A DNA stretch of 63,998 nt, filler included, from Stramenopiles sp. TOSAG23-3 (taxonomy: Eukaryota), in NCBI GenBank assembly GCA_900128585.1. It is 5 parts of 5 records of this genome, joined end to end, with 100 filler letters (N's around TTAATTAATTAA, not from the genome) between each part and the next. Parts side by side here need not be neighbours in the genome. Positions count along the whole stretch, not along the records: positions 39,885 to 53,063 come from LT642639.1; positions 53,164 to 63,998 come from LT642782.1; 3 more parts are not named here. The stretch is one strand, 5' to 3'. This document shows, in pieces, positions 51,129-61,368 of the stretch; within the stretch, counting starts at the first letter, position 1; every line of letters begins with the position of its first letter. The translations under genes were made by a program, and so were the position numbers. The notes beneath the pieces were generated by a model. That model saw only the letters and a list, made by a program, of their open reading frames with translations, was not told where the DNA came from and made no database searches.

Positions 51129-51737
51129 ATGGAAGAGTTAAGCTACGTTGGTCCGTACCTGATCGGGCACTTTACCGGGGACAGTGAGCTTGCCGTAGTT
51201 CTGTTGCTGGACCCGGAAACGCACTCGCCGCTGGTCAACAAGGAAGAATTACACGCTATAGAGACGTGCGTGGAGAAAGAGATGGCGGTGAAATCTAGAG
51301 TCGTGTATTATGATCTATTCGAAGCGCAGAACGACACAACACGAGAGATCTATGCAAGGGACGTGCATCCGCTGATCGAAGTAGCAAGACTCGCCCGGAA
51401 CAGTGTTATGGAAGCAGTTGTCCACGAGGATCTTTACGCCGGCGAATTTAGACACCTTCGTCTCTGTCACGGACTGGTAAGCAACACTTTGCTAGCGCCG
51501 TTCATGTACACGTATACGGCGACAGACCCGTACATTGTCGTAAAGGCGAAATCGTCAACCATAATATTCAAACAAACGAAAGAGAACATACTGGCATCTC
51601 TCGTTCCGGAGACCTTACTGGATACAAACTTGATTCACGTAGCTCACGAAGTAGACGAGGCTCAGCAGCTAGCCGAAGATCAGCTGGACGGCGAAGGAAA
51701 ACACGGTGGAGGAAGAGTGCATCAATTTGATATTTAG
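51129..51737 (+). CDS. Orphan 202-aa protein
   Basis: ATG ORF with coding-like GC between AT-rich flanks, preceded by an (AAAAGT)n run. Confidence 0.6.
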   Translation: MEELSYVGPYLIGHFTGDSELAVVLLLDPETHSPLVNKEELHAIETCVEKEMAVKSRVVYYDLFEAQNDTTREIYARDVHPLIEVARLARNSVMEAVVHEDLYAGEFRHLRLCHGLVSNTLLAPFMYTYTATDPYIVVKAKSSTIIFKQTKENILASLVPETLLDTNLIHVAHEVDEAQQLAEDQLDGEGKHGGGRVHQFDI

Positions 51738-52770
51738 GTATTTTATAATTAAAGGTCGAGCTTGTCTCGCTTCATAAACCGTTGTTCCTGATTAGCTATC
51801 CTCCGTTGATATTAATATAATTCACAATAATATTTTAATGCTAAAATATATGTGTTGGAACATCACCTGACTGCTGCTATTTTTACTTCGCCCTTTCTGT
51901 AGCTGTCGAACAGCGTCTTCCCTTCCAGCCTCGCCTGCCGGTGAAATTTTTGACCAGCCGTACCAATTTAGTTGATAACAATCTTCAATATTGTGGTTTA
52001 GTTTCGCTGTAGGAAAAATTATACACCCTTGTATATTTTATTAAATTAAAAACTTATTACGCATTTTGATTGTTTTATGTTAATCCTCGAATGCACTCGG
52101 GTGCACCCTTTCACAGGGAACCTGCATGCCGTTCTTAGTAAAGCCATTTTTTTCATACTGGACCTTATCTGGATAAACATCGTGTTTAATGCCTTTGATG
52201 AAGGTGTGGAAATACTTTAATTTTACTAAATTAAAGCTTTATTTTCACTTGGCTGCTTCAATCTTTTCAGTGCCCCGCTCCATTGTGGAAGGACAGTGCA
52301 AGACATCCTGCAAAGTGCGCAAATCGGATGGCGTTTGGTTTTCAAATTCTTAATCGGGGATACAACTGCATTTATGGTGATACTTTAGAGTGTCCCATTC
52401 TTCTCGGACGAACTCTACCCCTCCCGAAGTTACTAAACCGTCGCACCGCACACATATGAGCTGCGGTATGTCGGAGCACGGACTTGTGCGGTTACGAACC
52501 TCAAACCACCGAAGGAAATCTCGTATCTCTGTGTTTTCCACAGGCATTTTATTAGCGGAAGAAGCCAACCGACGGAGAGAGCTTAGAAAAGGCCGCAAAA
52601 CGAGTCGGTGATACAGACAAGTGGAGGTCTATCAAGAAACAATTGAAAGAATGGCTTTTGGAAGAGGAGGAGGAGTGTGTTTCGAAGCGAATGTTTGCCT
52701 CTGCCTGTTGTATCATTGGGTGCCGGGTAGAGAGAGATTCACACAAGGCTGGACAGTTTTTGATTTTCGT

Positions 52771-53063
52771 GAGTCGTTTTAGATATTACATATAAGATAA
52801 TTGTAAATCCAACACAAAATATTTTGTATTGAATACCATACAGGGACACGCAGATGCTAATTAGCTACTGGCGATAATCCGAACCGGAGACGATTCCTTT
52901 GCTGTCCCGATATTAATATGAAAATAGCATATATAATCATGTATATGATATTGGATGTATACAGGTTACAGGGACATACGCTACATCATTGTTTGTATAT
53001 TATCCCCTGTATCAAGTTTCTTGTCCTCGTTAAAGCCCTGTAGGGGATTTGGAGGCTCAAATC
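52771..53063 (+). repeat. ~285-bp direct repeat, copy 2 (runs to contig end)
   Basis: Matches 45051-45335 with scattered substitutions and small indels. Confidence 0.93.
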
Positions 53064-53163
53064 NNNNNNNNNNNNNNNNNNNNNNNNNNNNNNNNNNNNN
53101 NNNNNNNTTAATTAATTAANNNNNNNNNNNNNNNNNNNNNNNNNNNNNNNNNNNNNNNNNNNN
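53064..53163. other. Artificial contig linker
   Basis: N44-TTAATTAATTAA-N44. Confidence 0.97.
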
Positions 53164-53473
53164 AATGTTGTTGGTGGAAGAATTGTTCATAATATACTTA
53201 TATAACCAAAAAAAATCGAAAATGACACTTGCTCCCCCTTAATATTATATAGACTAGTCGTCTATACCGTACAGTAATAATAATTTTTAATTCCTTTGAT
53301 TTTGTGTTTGTAAATGTTCAGTTTGGGATGATGCAAAGCAAAAAAAGAAAAATTGTGCTTGATCAGCCAGGTAGACTAAAAATATACCAGGGGACAGAGA
53401 GTACACAGTTCTCTATTCTTTTGCCGTAATTCTTGTTTTCTGTTTTTTTGGTGTGGCTGTGTAAGTTTCTGCT

Positions 53474-56400
53474 ATGACCGAGTCATTTCCGAAAGGCGTG
53501 ACCGCCGAGAACAGGCGTCTAATTGGTGTGACTGCCCTGCCTCCGCTGGAAGAGATGGGGGAACAAATTTTGACGGTGTTGAAGGGTTCAGACATGCCAC
53601 TGCACTTTATAGCCGTTGATCCCAACTACTGTTTTCCTACGTCCAAGCGCAGGGACAATTACAGCGGGTACGAGCCCGAAGGTATTCTCAAGTGCAACTG
53701 GTTTGAAAAGCACGTCTTCCAACTCCCGTCCGTCTTGCTGGCAGTGTTGCCTTTCGAGCCAAGTCTGAGCGATAACGAGTGGAAGAAGAGGGAGGGCTCG
53801 CTCCAAAAGGACGTACAGAAAGTTTACGAACAGATCCAAGGCAATAAGATTAAACTGGTGGTCATTTTGTTGCAGGAAAGAGACTATTCGCAGTCTCAGG
53901 AGTCCAAAGAGCGCCTTCAGCTCGCTAAGGAAAGGATCCTCAGCTTGCGGCGACAAGTCGACCTAGACTCGAAGAGCGTGCACTTGCTGTACACTTCAGA
54001 CTTGAACTTGAAATCCGATAGCGTAAAGAAGATCCTGTCCAGTGCGAATTCCATGTCCATCGATTGCATAAAAGCGGACGGAAAGCAGGGAAAACACATG
54101 AGAACGTCCGTGAGTATAGGCGGGATGCCTAAGAAATCTCAGATAGTGCTGAAGATTCGTCAAAGTGTGAAGCTTGGCCAGTTCTACGACATGCGCCACG
54201 AGGAGACGAAAGCGAAAAAGGAGTACCTTCGAGCGTACGACGACTTGGTGGCGATATCGGCGGCACCACTGCCGTTTCCTATCACAATGAACGAAGTGAA
54301 GGCGGTTGCACAAATTTTATTTTTTAAATTGTGTCGACTACATTTTTCCCTTTCCCACCCGAACGACGCGACGAGGTGCTTCAGAGACCACCTGCGAACG
54401 TTTCGGGACCTTCCCCTGTCACGCACCCGATCGATGTCAATGGCGACCGACGAGGATCAGATCACTGCGATGGAAATAGACAATACATTGACGGAGATCA
54501 AAAAAATGTCCTGGGCCGGTCGGCAGTGCATTATTTTTGCAGACCTCCTGCGCGAGTCCAGAGGGGTAAGCGTCGACCAACGAAGGTCGTTTCAAGTCTT
54601 TCAGGAGAGCTATTATGTCTTTCAAGCCGTGACTTTCGAACGCAGACGCCGCATATTGGCACAAGAGTTGCCGGCGACTAAAGAGGTCGTGACAAACAAT
54701 TCCATCGTACAATCAAAGTACGTCGGGGGAAATTTTGAAGTCCCAAGCGACTCGAACACTTCCGAAACAGAATCGCAGCGGGTGCTGCGCAGTTTTCTTG
54801 TTGCCCGCGAACTAGGCGCGCGCCACAGCAACCGGGTAATTGCCTTGATAGACAGGTTTACCCAGGCTCGTGCGAGGGAATTTTACCCTGAGTTCGACCG
54901 TTTGGTAGTCACGACTAGGCTAATGATGATGGAGGAGTATGTCTTGCTTAAGCAGTACACGCGCGCACTTAGTTCGTGTGAAACGTGTGTGAACAAGTTC
55001 AAATCGGAAGGTTGGAACAGTTTTTTGACCCGCAGCCTTCGTGTAGGCGTCAAGTGTGCCCTCGAGTGCGGCGACAGGCAGCGTTTTGCGGAGTATAGTA
55101 TCTTTTTAATGTCCCCTGCGTCCAAAGCATTGCCCGAAGAAAAGGCTCGGGTTCAAGACAGTTTGCTGAAATGTTTGGGCAACCCCAAAGCCCTTGGGAC
55201 GCAACTGTTGGCGGCAGCGGAGAACAACAACGAGTGCCCTGACGTAATAGAACTCCTGATAGCTGGGAATGGCGCAGAGACACCGAAAGGCTCGCAACTG
55301 CTGGAATCGCAAGTGGTCTTTGCGAAAAACATGGAGCTGATGGGGAATTCGTATAAATGTACCGTTCGCCTTCAGTCCAATTTTCCTGGTCGGATTCATT
55401 TCAAAAGGGTAGAGATTGTGCTGCAGCGCATCTTTGGCGGCAAGACAGAGACATTTGATTGCACAGCTAGGGACAACACATCGGTGCAAGAGAGACTTGT
55501 TAACAATAGTATTATAGAACAGGGGAGCCACACTGACACTACCCCTTCACCCGAGAGGGAAGGAGTCGGCGCAGGCCTGTTTTCGAACCTGTGCTTTGAG
55601 CCCAACGAGGCGAAAACGTTCGAATTTGAGTTTTCAGAGACGGACAGCGACCAAAGAGACCTAGTCGTTTGTGCTGAGAGAATAAAGGTGTTCTTGGATT
55701 GCCAAGAAGCAACGGAAAACGGCGTGGCGGAGTTAACGAAATCGGTAATGTTTGTCATGGAAGCCCCAAATTCATTTGGGGAAAAGCTTGAGCGAATTCC
55801 TGACAGATTGACGTATCCTTTCCTGTTAGCCCAGCGCACTAATTTTATGCAAACTGGGGTTTATGGTCTATTGGGCCGAAACGGTGCTGTAGAAAAGAAA
55901 AGGGTCGAGAGCGTAGTCGAGGATATTGAAGTAGAAAGCTGCAGAATGATACGTCCAGAATTTTTGCTTGCCCCAAAGCTTCATGCCGACGGCCCCGCCC
56001 TGGCGGGAGAATGGCACAAAGCTAAAATTGTCTTTGAAATCTGTGGCTCAGTGGCAGCAAACGATATGCCCAAAGATGTTCAAGTAAACGTGGCGCTGCG
56101 ATGCGTTGGCGTGAAGGCCAGCCTTGCTTACCGCGCCACGCCCGGGGCCGAAAGCTTAACTTACTGCCCAGTTGATGGGGGCGATAAGAATTCTTTTGAA
56201 ATTGGTATTTCAAGCGAAGGGGAAATATCTGTCTGTTGCTTTCTCCACGTGAAGGCAAACTCTGGGGCGTGGGAAGAACCATCGTGTTCATTGATGGGCA
56301 CAGTGTCTTACTCTTCGGATCGCTGTGCCCGCATGTCAAACGACTTTAAGTTTGCCATTACCATCAAGCAGCCATTTGACGTTGCGTGGAACATTGTGTC

Positions 56401-57151
56401 TAGAAGACCCGAACTTCTTGTTCAAAGTTCGAATGGCACGGTGAACAGTGTCCCTGACACTGGTGGGAAGATTAATTTAACGATGAATTATGGGGCGACT
56501 GCGTTTTACAAGTTGGCATGCGATAGTTCACACGATCTTCGAATTGAAAATGTCGAATTTGTCCCTGTGGAGGGCGTATCGACCCCTTGCGAACCGCTGG
56601 TTATGGCAAACGCTGATGGTTTCGGGCAGATTCTAAAAGTTGGAGATTTGCACAGTAATTACTTTGGCCTGTCTCCCATTAGTTTTGGATCGCACGATAC
56701 CGTTGGGAAGCTGAAAATTACTTGGTCTCGCGCCTCTGCGGAGCGTGGGGAAAACAAGCCGGTGGAAACTTTAATTCCAATGCCGCCTGTTTATGTTCAC
56801 CCATTGAATGGTTTGACCGTGGAGGTTAAGTCGCCCCCATCGGCTGTACTGGGCGAAACGTTCGATGTGCGCGTGTACGTTGTGAACAGTACAGTGGCCT
56901 GCGAAGAAATTGAAATATCCCTCTTACCGAACGACAACTTTCTGTGCGCCGGTCGCACGAACACGAAGCTCGTTGTGCTTCCAATGTCTACCGTCGCTAC
57001 CAGCTTTTGCTTCATCGGGATCAAGATTGGACACTCGTTACAACCGGGCTTCAAAGTTCATAGAGCGAGTGATGGCACTGACCTAATCGACTCAATGCAC
57101 GAGCGGGTTGTCTTTGTTAAACCTTTATCAGGGGAAACAAAGCAGTCGTGA
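53474..57151 (+). CDS. TRAPPC11: Trafficking protein particle complex subunit 11
   Basis: PEGILKCNWFEKHVFQLPSV, IRQSVKLGQFYDMR, EVKAVAQILFFKLCRL, FKSEGWNSFL, and a Gryzun-like C-terminus (NDNFLCAG...G...P). 1225 aa. Confidence 0.88.
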   Translation: MTESFPKGVTAENRRLIGVTALPPLEEMGEQILTVLKGSDMPLHFIAVDPNYCFPTSKRRDNYSGYEPEGILKCNWFEKHVFQLPSVLLAVLPFEPSLSDNEWKKREGSLQKDVQKVYEQIQGNKIKLVVILLQERDYSQSQESKERLQLAKERILSLRRQVDLDSKSVHLLYTSDLNLKSDSVKKILSSANSMSIDCIKADGKQGKHMRTSVSIGGMPKKSQIVLKIRQSVKLGQFYDMRHEETKAKKEYLRAYDDLVAISAAPLPFPITMNEVKAVAQILFFKLCRLHFSLSHPNDATRCFRDHLRTFRDLPLSRTRSMSMATDEDQITAMEIDNTLTEIKKMSWAGRQCIIFADLLRESRGVSVDQRRSFQVFQESYYVFQAVTFERRRRILAQELPATKEVVTNNSIVQSKYVGGNFEVPSDSNTSETESQRVLRSFLVARELGARHSNRVIALIDRFTQARAREFYPEFDRLVVTTRLMMMEEYVLLKQYTRALSSCETCVNKFKSEGWNSFLTRSLRVGVKCALECGDRQRFAEYSIFLMSPASKALPEEKARVQDSLLKCLGNPKALGTQLLAAAENNNECPDVIELLIAGNGAETPKGSQLLESQVVFAKNMELMGNSYKCTVRLQSNFPGRIHFKRVEIVLQRIFGGKTETFDCTARDNTSVQERLVNNSIIEQGSHTDTTPSPEREGVGAGLFSNLCFEPNEAKTFEFEFSETDSDQRDLVVCAERIKVFLDCQEATENGVAELTKSVMFVMEAPNSFGEKLERIPDRLTYPFLLAQRTNFMQTGVYGLLGRNGAVEKKRVESVVEDIEVESCRMIRPEFLLAPKLHADGPALAGEWHKAKIVFEICGSVAANDMPKDVQVNVALRCVGVKASLAYRATPGAESLTYCPVDGGDKNSFEIGISSEGEISVCCFLHVKANSGAWEEPSCSLMGTVSYSSDRCARMSNDFKFAITIKQPFDVAWNIVSRRPELLVQSSNGTVNSVPDTGGKINLTMNYGATAFYKLACDSSHDLRIENVEFVPVEGVSTPCEPLVMANADGFGQILKVGDLHSNYFGLSPISFGSHDTVGKLKITWSRASAERGENKPVETLIPMPPVYVHPLNGLTVEVKSPPSAVLGETFDVRVYVVNSTVACEEIEISLLPNDNFLCAGRTNTKLVVLPMSTVATSFCFIGIKIGHSLQPGFKVHRASDGTDLIDSMHERVVFVKPLSGETKQS

Positions 57152-57849
57152 ATCTTTACCAGTAATGGACACCAAAAAATCGCCGCCACAATGCTGTCCT
57201 CGCACGAATTAGACGATACAGTACTTCGGACTAATTAAATTATACATAGGTAATTTTATTCATCTAGTTTACGCATTCATGTACTACGGTACGTTCTGCA
57301 CGAGGATTCATTTATTATACCCCCGATTTCTTTTTCGAGTCAGCAGCATTTTACAGTACAGACTTCTTCAACACAAAAAAAATAAAAAAAACAACAAGAA
57401 GAAAGCCGAAGTGTAAACAAAACACAGCATGAAAATGATGAACTTTTTTTATCTTCTTCGAACAAAAAAATAGAAAAGAGTCAAGTAATTTTCTGGTTAT
57501 TACTTGCTATGCCTATATTAAATTAAATGCCAACATCCATTTTTTAAAATTGTTGTTCCTTTCCTCCTCGAAAAAACAGATTGGATTAATTTAATATAGA
57601 CACAACAGCTGGTATGTTTAGGGATCGAAGAAAAGACGGATTTCTTTTTTTTTTTTGTGTTGTTGTTGTTGTTGTTGATTGAATGAATGGCGCCAATAAG
57701 GCAACCCATCTCTTTGTATAATAGACCATTATACATATACCATTTAGCCCACAGACAAATTCAAACACTAAGGGAAATAAATCAAATAAAGGCCAAACAA
57801 TCAACAACATTGATAGTAATTGCTTACAATAAAAATCGTCACAGTAACT

Positions 57850-58734
57850 ATGTTTCTAAAGAGTCTTCTACTTTGCACCCTCTTGGGTTTGGCGGCAGCC
57901 GCAAAAAGCCAAACGGGCACGGCCACCGCCGAGCAGTTCATTAAGATGAGGTGCGACACTGAAAAGGCCACCGACACCATCCTTGCATGGAGCGGTACGT
58001 CGTACAGTATTGAAGAACAAAAGCCACAAAAAGAATTGTTTGGCCTCTTTGGCATTAACTTGGCGCGGTGCTGGTACGACAAGCCTACTGGCTCCTGGAT
58101 GTTCACCAGTCGCGAGCTTCAGTATTACCTTGACCTGGACACGGGCCTTCCGATGTACAAATACAACAACCCATGGACTGGGGAGACCAACAACGTCGTT
58201 CACGTCGCCAACGACCCAGTGCAATTTGTTTACGGTAACGCCGACGCCCCGTACGTAGTCCAAGGTGGAAAGTTTGCTACTTTTACCAACACTGTGAACC
58301 TGTTCTACCCGAACCCTCTCTTCGCAAATTCAACCTTCAAGCCTTACAGTTGGCAAAAGGGCTACGAAGGCAGCGAGCTGTTCAAGTTTTTCGTTCCTTT
58401 GGACGAATTGCAAAATGCATCTGCAACGCATACGCCATCCATGCACTTTTCCTGGTCTAGGATATCCCAGTGGCTCCCTTTCATGAAAATGGATGGGAGG
58501 GAAGGATCGATGCTGTTTACTGCCGCCGGTAGCCGGGTAGAATTTGAAGAATTGCCTTCCTGGTTGCAGAAGGACATCACCACGCGGCTTCCCCTGTACC
58601 GCCACGCCCCTCGTTGCATGTTGGATTTGCCAGATTCTACTAGCTGGAGCTATTTTGGAGAGCATTTCTCTGCATACTTGAATGGCGACCAATTTCCTGC
58701 GCCAGTCTCTGCCCAACCACCGTGCAAGAAGTAG
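57850..58734 (+). CDS. DUF1838-like protein with signal peptide
   Basis: WSGTSYS, LFGLFGINLARC, SRELQYYLDLDTG, NPWTGE...VVHVANDPV, YPNPL, ELFKFF, SWSRISQWLPFMKM, SWSYF. Confidence 0.75.
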   Translation: MFLKSLLLCTLLGLAAAAKSQTGTATAEQFIKMRCDTEKATDTILAWSGTSYSIEEQKPQKELFGLFGINLARCWYDKPTGSWMFTSRELQYYLDLDTGLPMYKYNNPWTGETNNVVHVANDPVQFVYGNADAPYVVQGGKFATFTNTVNLFYPNPLFANSTFKPYSWQKGYEGSELFKFFVPLDELQNASATHTPSMHFSWSRISQWLPFMKMDGREGSMLFTAAGSRVEFEELPSWLQKDITTRLPLYRHAPRCMLDLPDSTSWSYFGEHFSAYLNGDQFPAPVSAQPPCKK

Positions 58735-58987
58735 CACTATTTTAAAAAATGTTAACGTGCGGGGGGAATAAATTTATTTTATTTTTCTCCAGGGTGCAAA
58801 CTTTTTAACAAACTTAATTAATTGGCTCTGGTATTTTTATTAAAATATACAACACAGTGCATCAGAGATTCGTAATAAAATGTTCTAAAAAATCTTTTTA
58901 AATTCTTTAAAAAAGAACTAAAAAGCGACATCCGTCCTCCCCTACCCCTACCCTGTGTAAAAGTGTCGATGCACCGTGTACTTTAGG

Positions 58988-60367
58988 TCAGTTTTCCGTT
59001 TCCTCTCCTATGTCTTTTGCCCCGTTCGCAACGGTAACGCTGTTAGGGCCGTCGAAAAAGCAGGCGCACATTTGTTTCGTTTGCAAAAATAATATCGAGG
59101 TCCCTTGTGGGTTCCACCGCAGCCCGCGGACGTCAAAATCATTGGACGGGATGTCCACCCATGACGCGCCAGACGGATTCCAGAAAAATACTTTGTTTAT
59201 CCCCGTGCAGACGGCCAGAGTCGGCTTGGTAGGGGACCAACTGAAGGACCGAACTACATTCCGGTGTATGAGGACAGCGTACAGCCTCAGTTTGTCTGCC
59301 GTCCAAATCCACACGGCGTGTGGCATGTTATCGTTTTTCGTGGCCAAAAACTTTCCATCGTAGCTCCACCCCATCGTGCTGATTCCTATTCTCGGGTTTG
59401 GCTTTGTGGGGTCCGGGTTGACGGATTTCAGACGAGACTGGGAGCTGGCCAGCTCGTACGCAGTCTGCACGTCCATGCCCTGGCCCTTGACAACTACCTC
59501 ACAGTACACGTGGGCGTGCCCTGGGGAAACGCAGACGGTATGCACCAACTCCGCGATTGGGTTCCACGACGCGTGCGTCATCAGCCTGGCGTTCTGGTCG
59601 TAGCTCCCGACAGCCAGCAGCGTGCCCGCCGGGTTCCACGCCACGCTCTTTACCCCCAAAGCGTTCTCGTACGCAGAGTAACGGGACAGCCGCTTCCCGT
59701 CCGGGGAGAAAATAATTATACTATAGTTCAGCTCCGTGTCGCTGACGCATATCACGCTGCCGTCGGGCGACCAGGAGAGATCGTCCATGTCGACGGTCCC
59801 GGTGGCGAACTCTGTCGCCTTGCCCCACGTGGACGTGGAATAAATGCCCACCGTATCCCGGCAGTCGATGCGGTGCGCCAAGGCCATGAACTGTCCGTCT
59901 GGCGAAAAGTCTAAACCGTTCTTTCGGTTTCTATTTGCAGTCCTAACTGGCCCGGCGTTCTTCGGGTTCTTTATTGCCACCGCCGAGCCGTCGGTCAGAT
60001 TCCACGCCGTTAAGTGAATTTGAAAATCTGCCGTGGTCAAGACCGAGCGGCTGTCCGGTGCCCAGCGCGCCGCGACCAGCCCCGCAAGCCCTTCGGTTAT
60101 CCGGCACGTCCAGTCCGGCTTCTCTATGCTCCAAACTTGCACGATACCACGCTGGTAAATCACGACAAACACGTACTGAGAATCCCCGGACCACTGGATC
60201 GAGTCAATCGTGTCCAAACATGTATATACGTGCACGATCTGCATGCTATTCGGGTCCCGTATCACCAGGCGGTGCTGCACGGCAACGGCCAATAGGTCCC
60301 CGGACGGTGCCCAAGACACTAGCCCAGAGGAGTGCTTGTATATTTCACTGAAGGTGACGTCGCTCAT
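58988..60367 (-). CDS. WRAP73: WD40 protein WRAP73/WDR8 (centriole/cilium)
   Basis: FSEIYK, RLVIRD, WTCRITEGLAGL...WAPDSR...TADFQIHLTAW, YENALGVKSVAW, LAVGSYD, ATKNDNMPHAVWIW. Confidence 0.9.
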   Translation of the reverse strand: MSDVTFSEIYKHSSGLVSWAPSGDLLAVAVQHRLVIRDPNSMQIVHVYTCLDTIDSIQWSGDSQYVFVVIYQRGIVQVWSIEKPDWTCRITEGLAGLVAARWAPDSRSVLTTADFQIHLTAWNLTDGSAVAIKNPKNAGPVRTANRNRKNGLDFSPDGQFMALAHRIDCRDTVGIYSTSTWGKATEFATGTVDMDDLSWSPDGSVICVSDTELNYSIIIFSPDGKRLSRYSAYENALGVKSVAWNPAGTLLAVGSYDQNARLMTHASWNPIAELVHTVCVSPGHAHVYCEVVVKGQGMDVQTAYELASSQSRLKSVNPDPTKPNPRIGISTMGWSYDGKFLATKNDNMPHAVWIWTADKLRLYAVLIHRNVVRSFSWSPTKPTLAVCTGINKVFFWNPSGASWVDIPSNDFDVRGLRWNPQGTSILFLQTKQMCACFFDGPNSVTVANGAKDIGEETEN

Positions 60368-61368
60368 TATAGATACGAGAAAACAAGAACAAAACCACTT
60401 CTATATTCTACGTTTTCTTCCCCGTTCTCTTTTCTGTATTTTTCTGTTCCCTTCTAAAATCTTATATACATAAATACTGTTTTAAAATCGATAACTTTTT
60501 TAAAAATTCTCGAATTCACTTTTTTTAAAATATTCTTCTTCTTCTACATATAATAATTAATAACAACAAACAAAAAAAAAACAAATAATTAAAAAAAAAA
60601 ATGTGTGATATTAATATTGGGGTATAACAACAAGAAGAAGAAAAAAGAAGAACAACAAGAAGAACAACAAGAAGAAAAATAAAAGAAAAATAAAAGAAGA
60701 AGAAGCAAAAATTATATAATAAAAGAAGCAGAAATAAAAGAAGTAATCTATTATAATACCTGTACCACCCAACCAAAAAAAAAAAAATTTAAGTAAAAGT
60801 AAGCGCTACGAGTAATAGAAGGGTTTTTATCTACTTAATTAATACCTGCTATTATTATTCTATACTAAATAATACTTGGCCTCGTCTTTATTTTTATTGT
60901 CTTTTCCCTCCATATTATTATTATTTTTTGATTTTTGATTTCCTCCTCCTCCCAGCTACTCCTCTGGCCTTATTTTCAAATTTTATAAAATAATATTAAT
61001 ATACCAATACACAACAAGAAGAAGAATAAGAAAAAAGAGACGATTAAAAAGAATTTTTAATATGATACATTTTTTTACTGTCCTCGTACACATATCTAAA
61101 TTGTCCTCGTAGTATTAAATAGTCGAATAAGTTCGAAGTATTTATTTTTTAGACTATGAGGACATCTGACCACCACAGTGTACGACCCAGAATGAAGAGG
61201 AAATTGTTTAAATCACCACCGACCTCGCACATTTTTTAAATTAGTAGTGTCTAAAACTTCCTGCTTAAGGAACGAACGAATGCGAAGACTATACAAGGGT
61301 AATTTACAACCTTTTCTTCAGTAAGCGCTGCCTTTTCATTGACTGATACAGCTTTTTCATCTTTAAAT

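Noticed and set aside
52350-52746. Short Cys-containing minus-strand ORFs next to repeat copy 2
   Set aside because: Too short and fragmented to call. They may be decayed island genes but this is unsupported.
45051-53063. LTR retrotransposon
   Set aside because: No gag, RT, RNase H or DDE integrase lies between the repeats, and no TG...CA termini are evident.
13206-53163. Regularly spaced TTAATTAATTAA palindromes every ~13.3 kb
   Set aside because: These are artificial linkers inside N runs. Contig lengths decrease (13194, 13185, 13179), showing length-sorted concatenation, so gene adjacency across them is meaningless.
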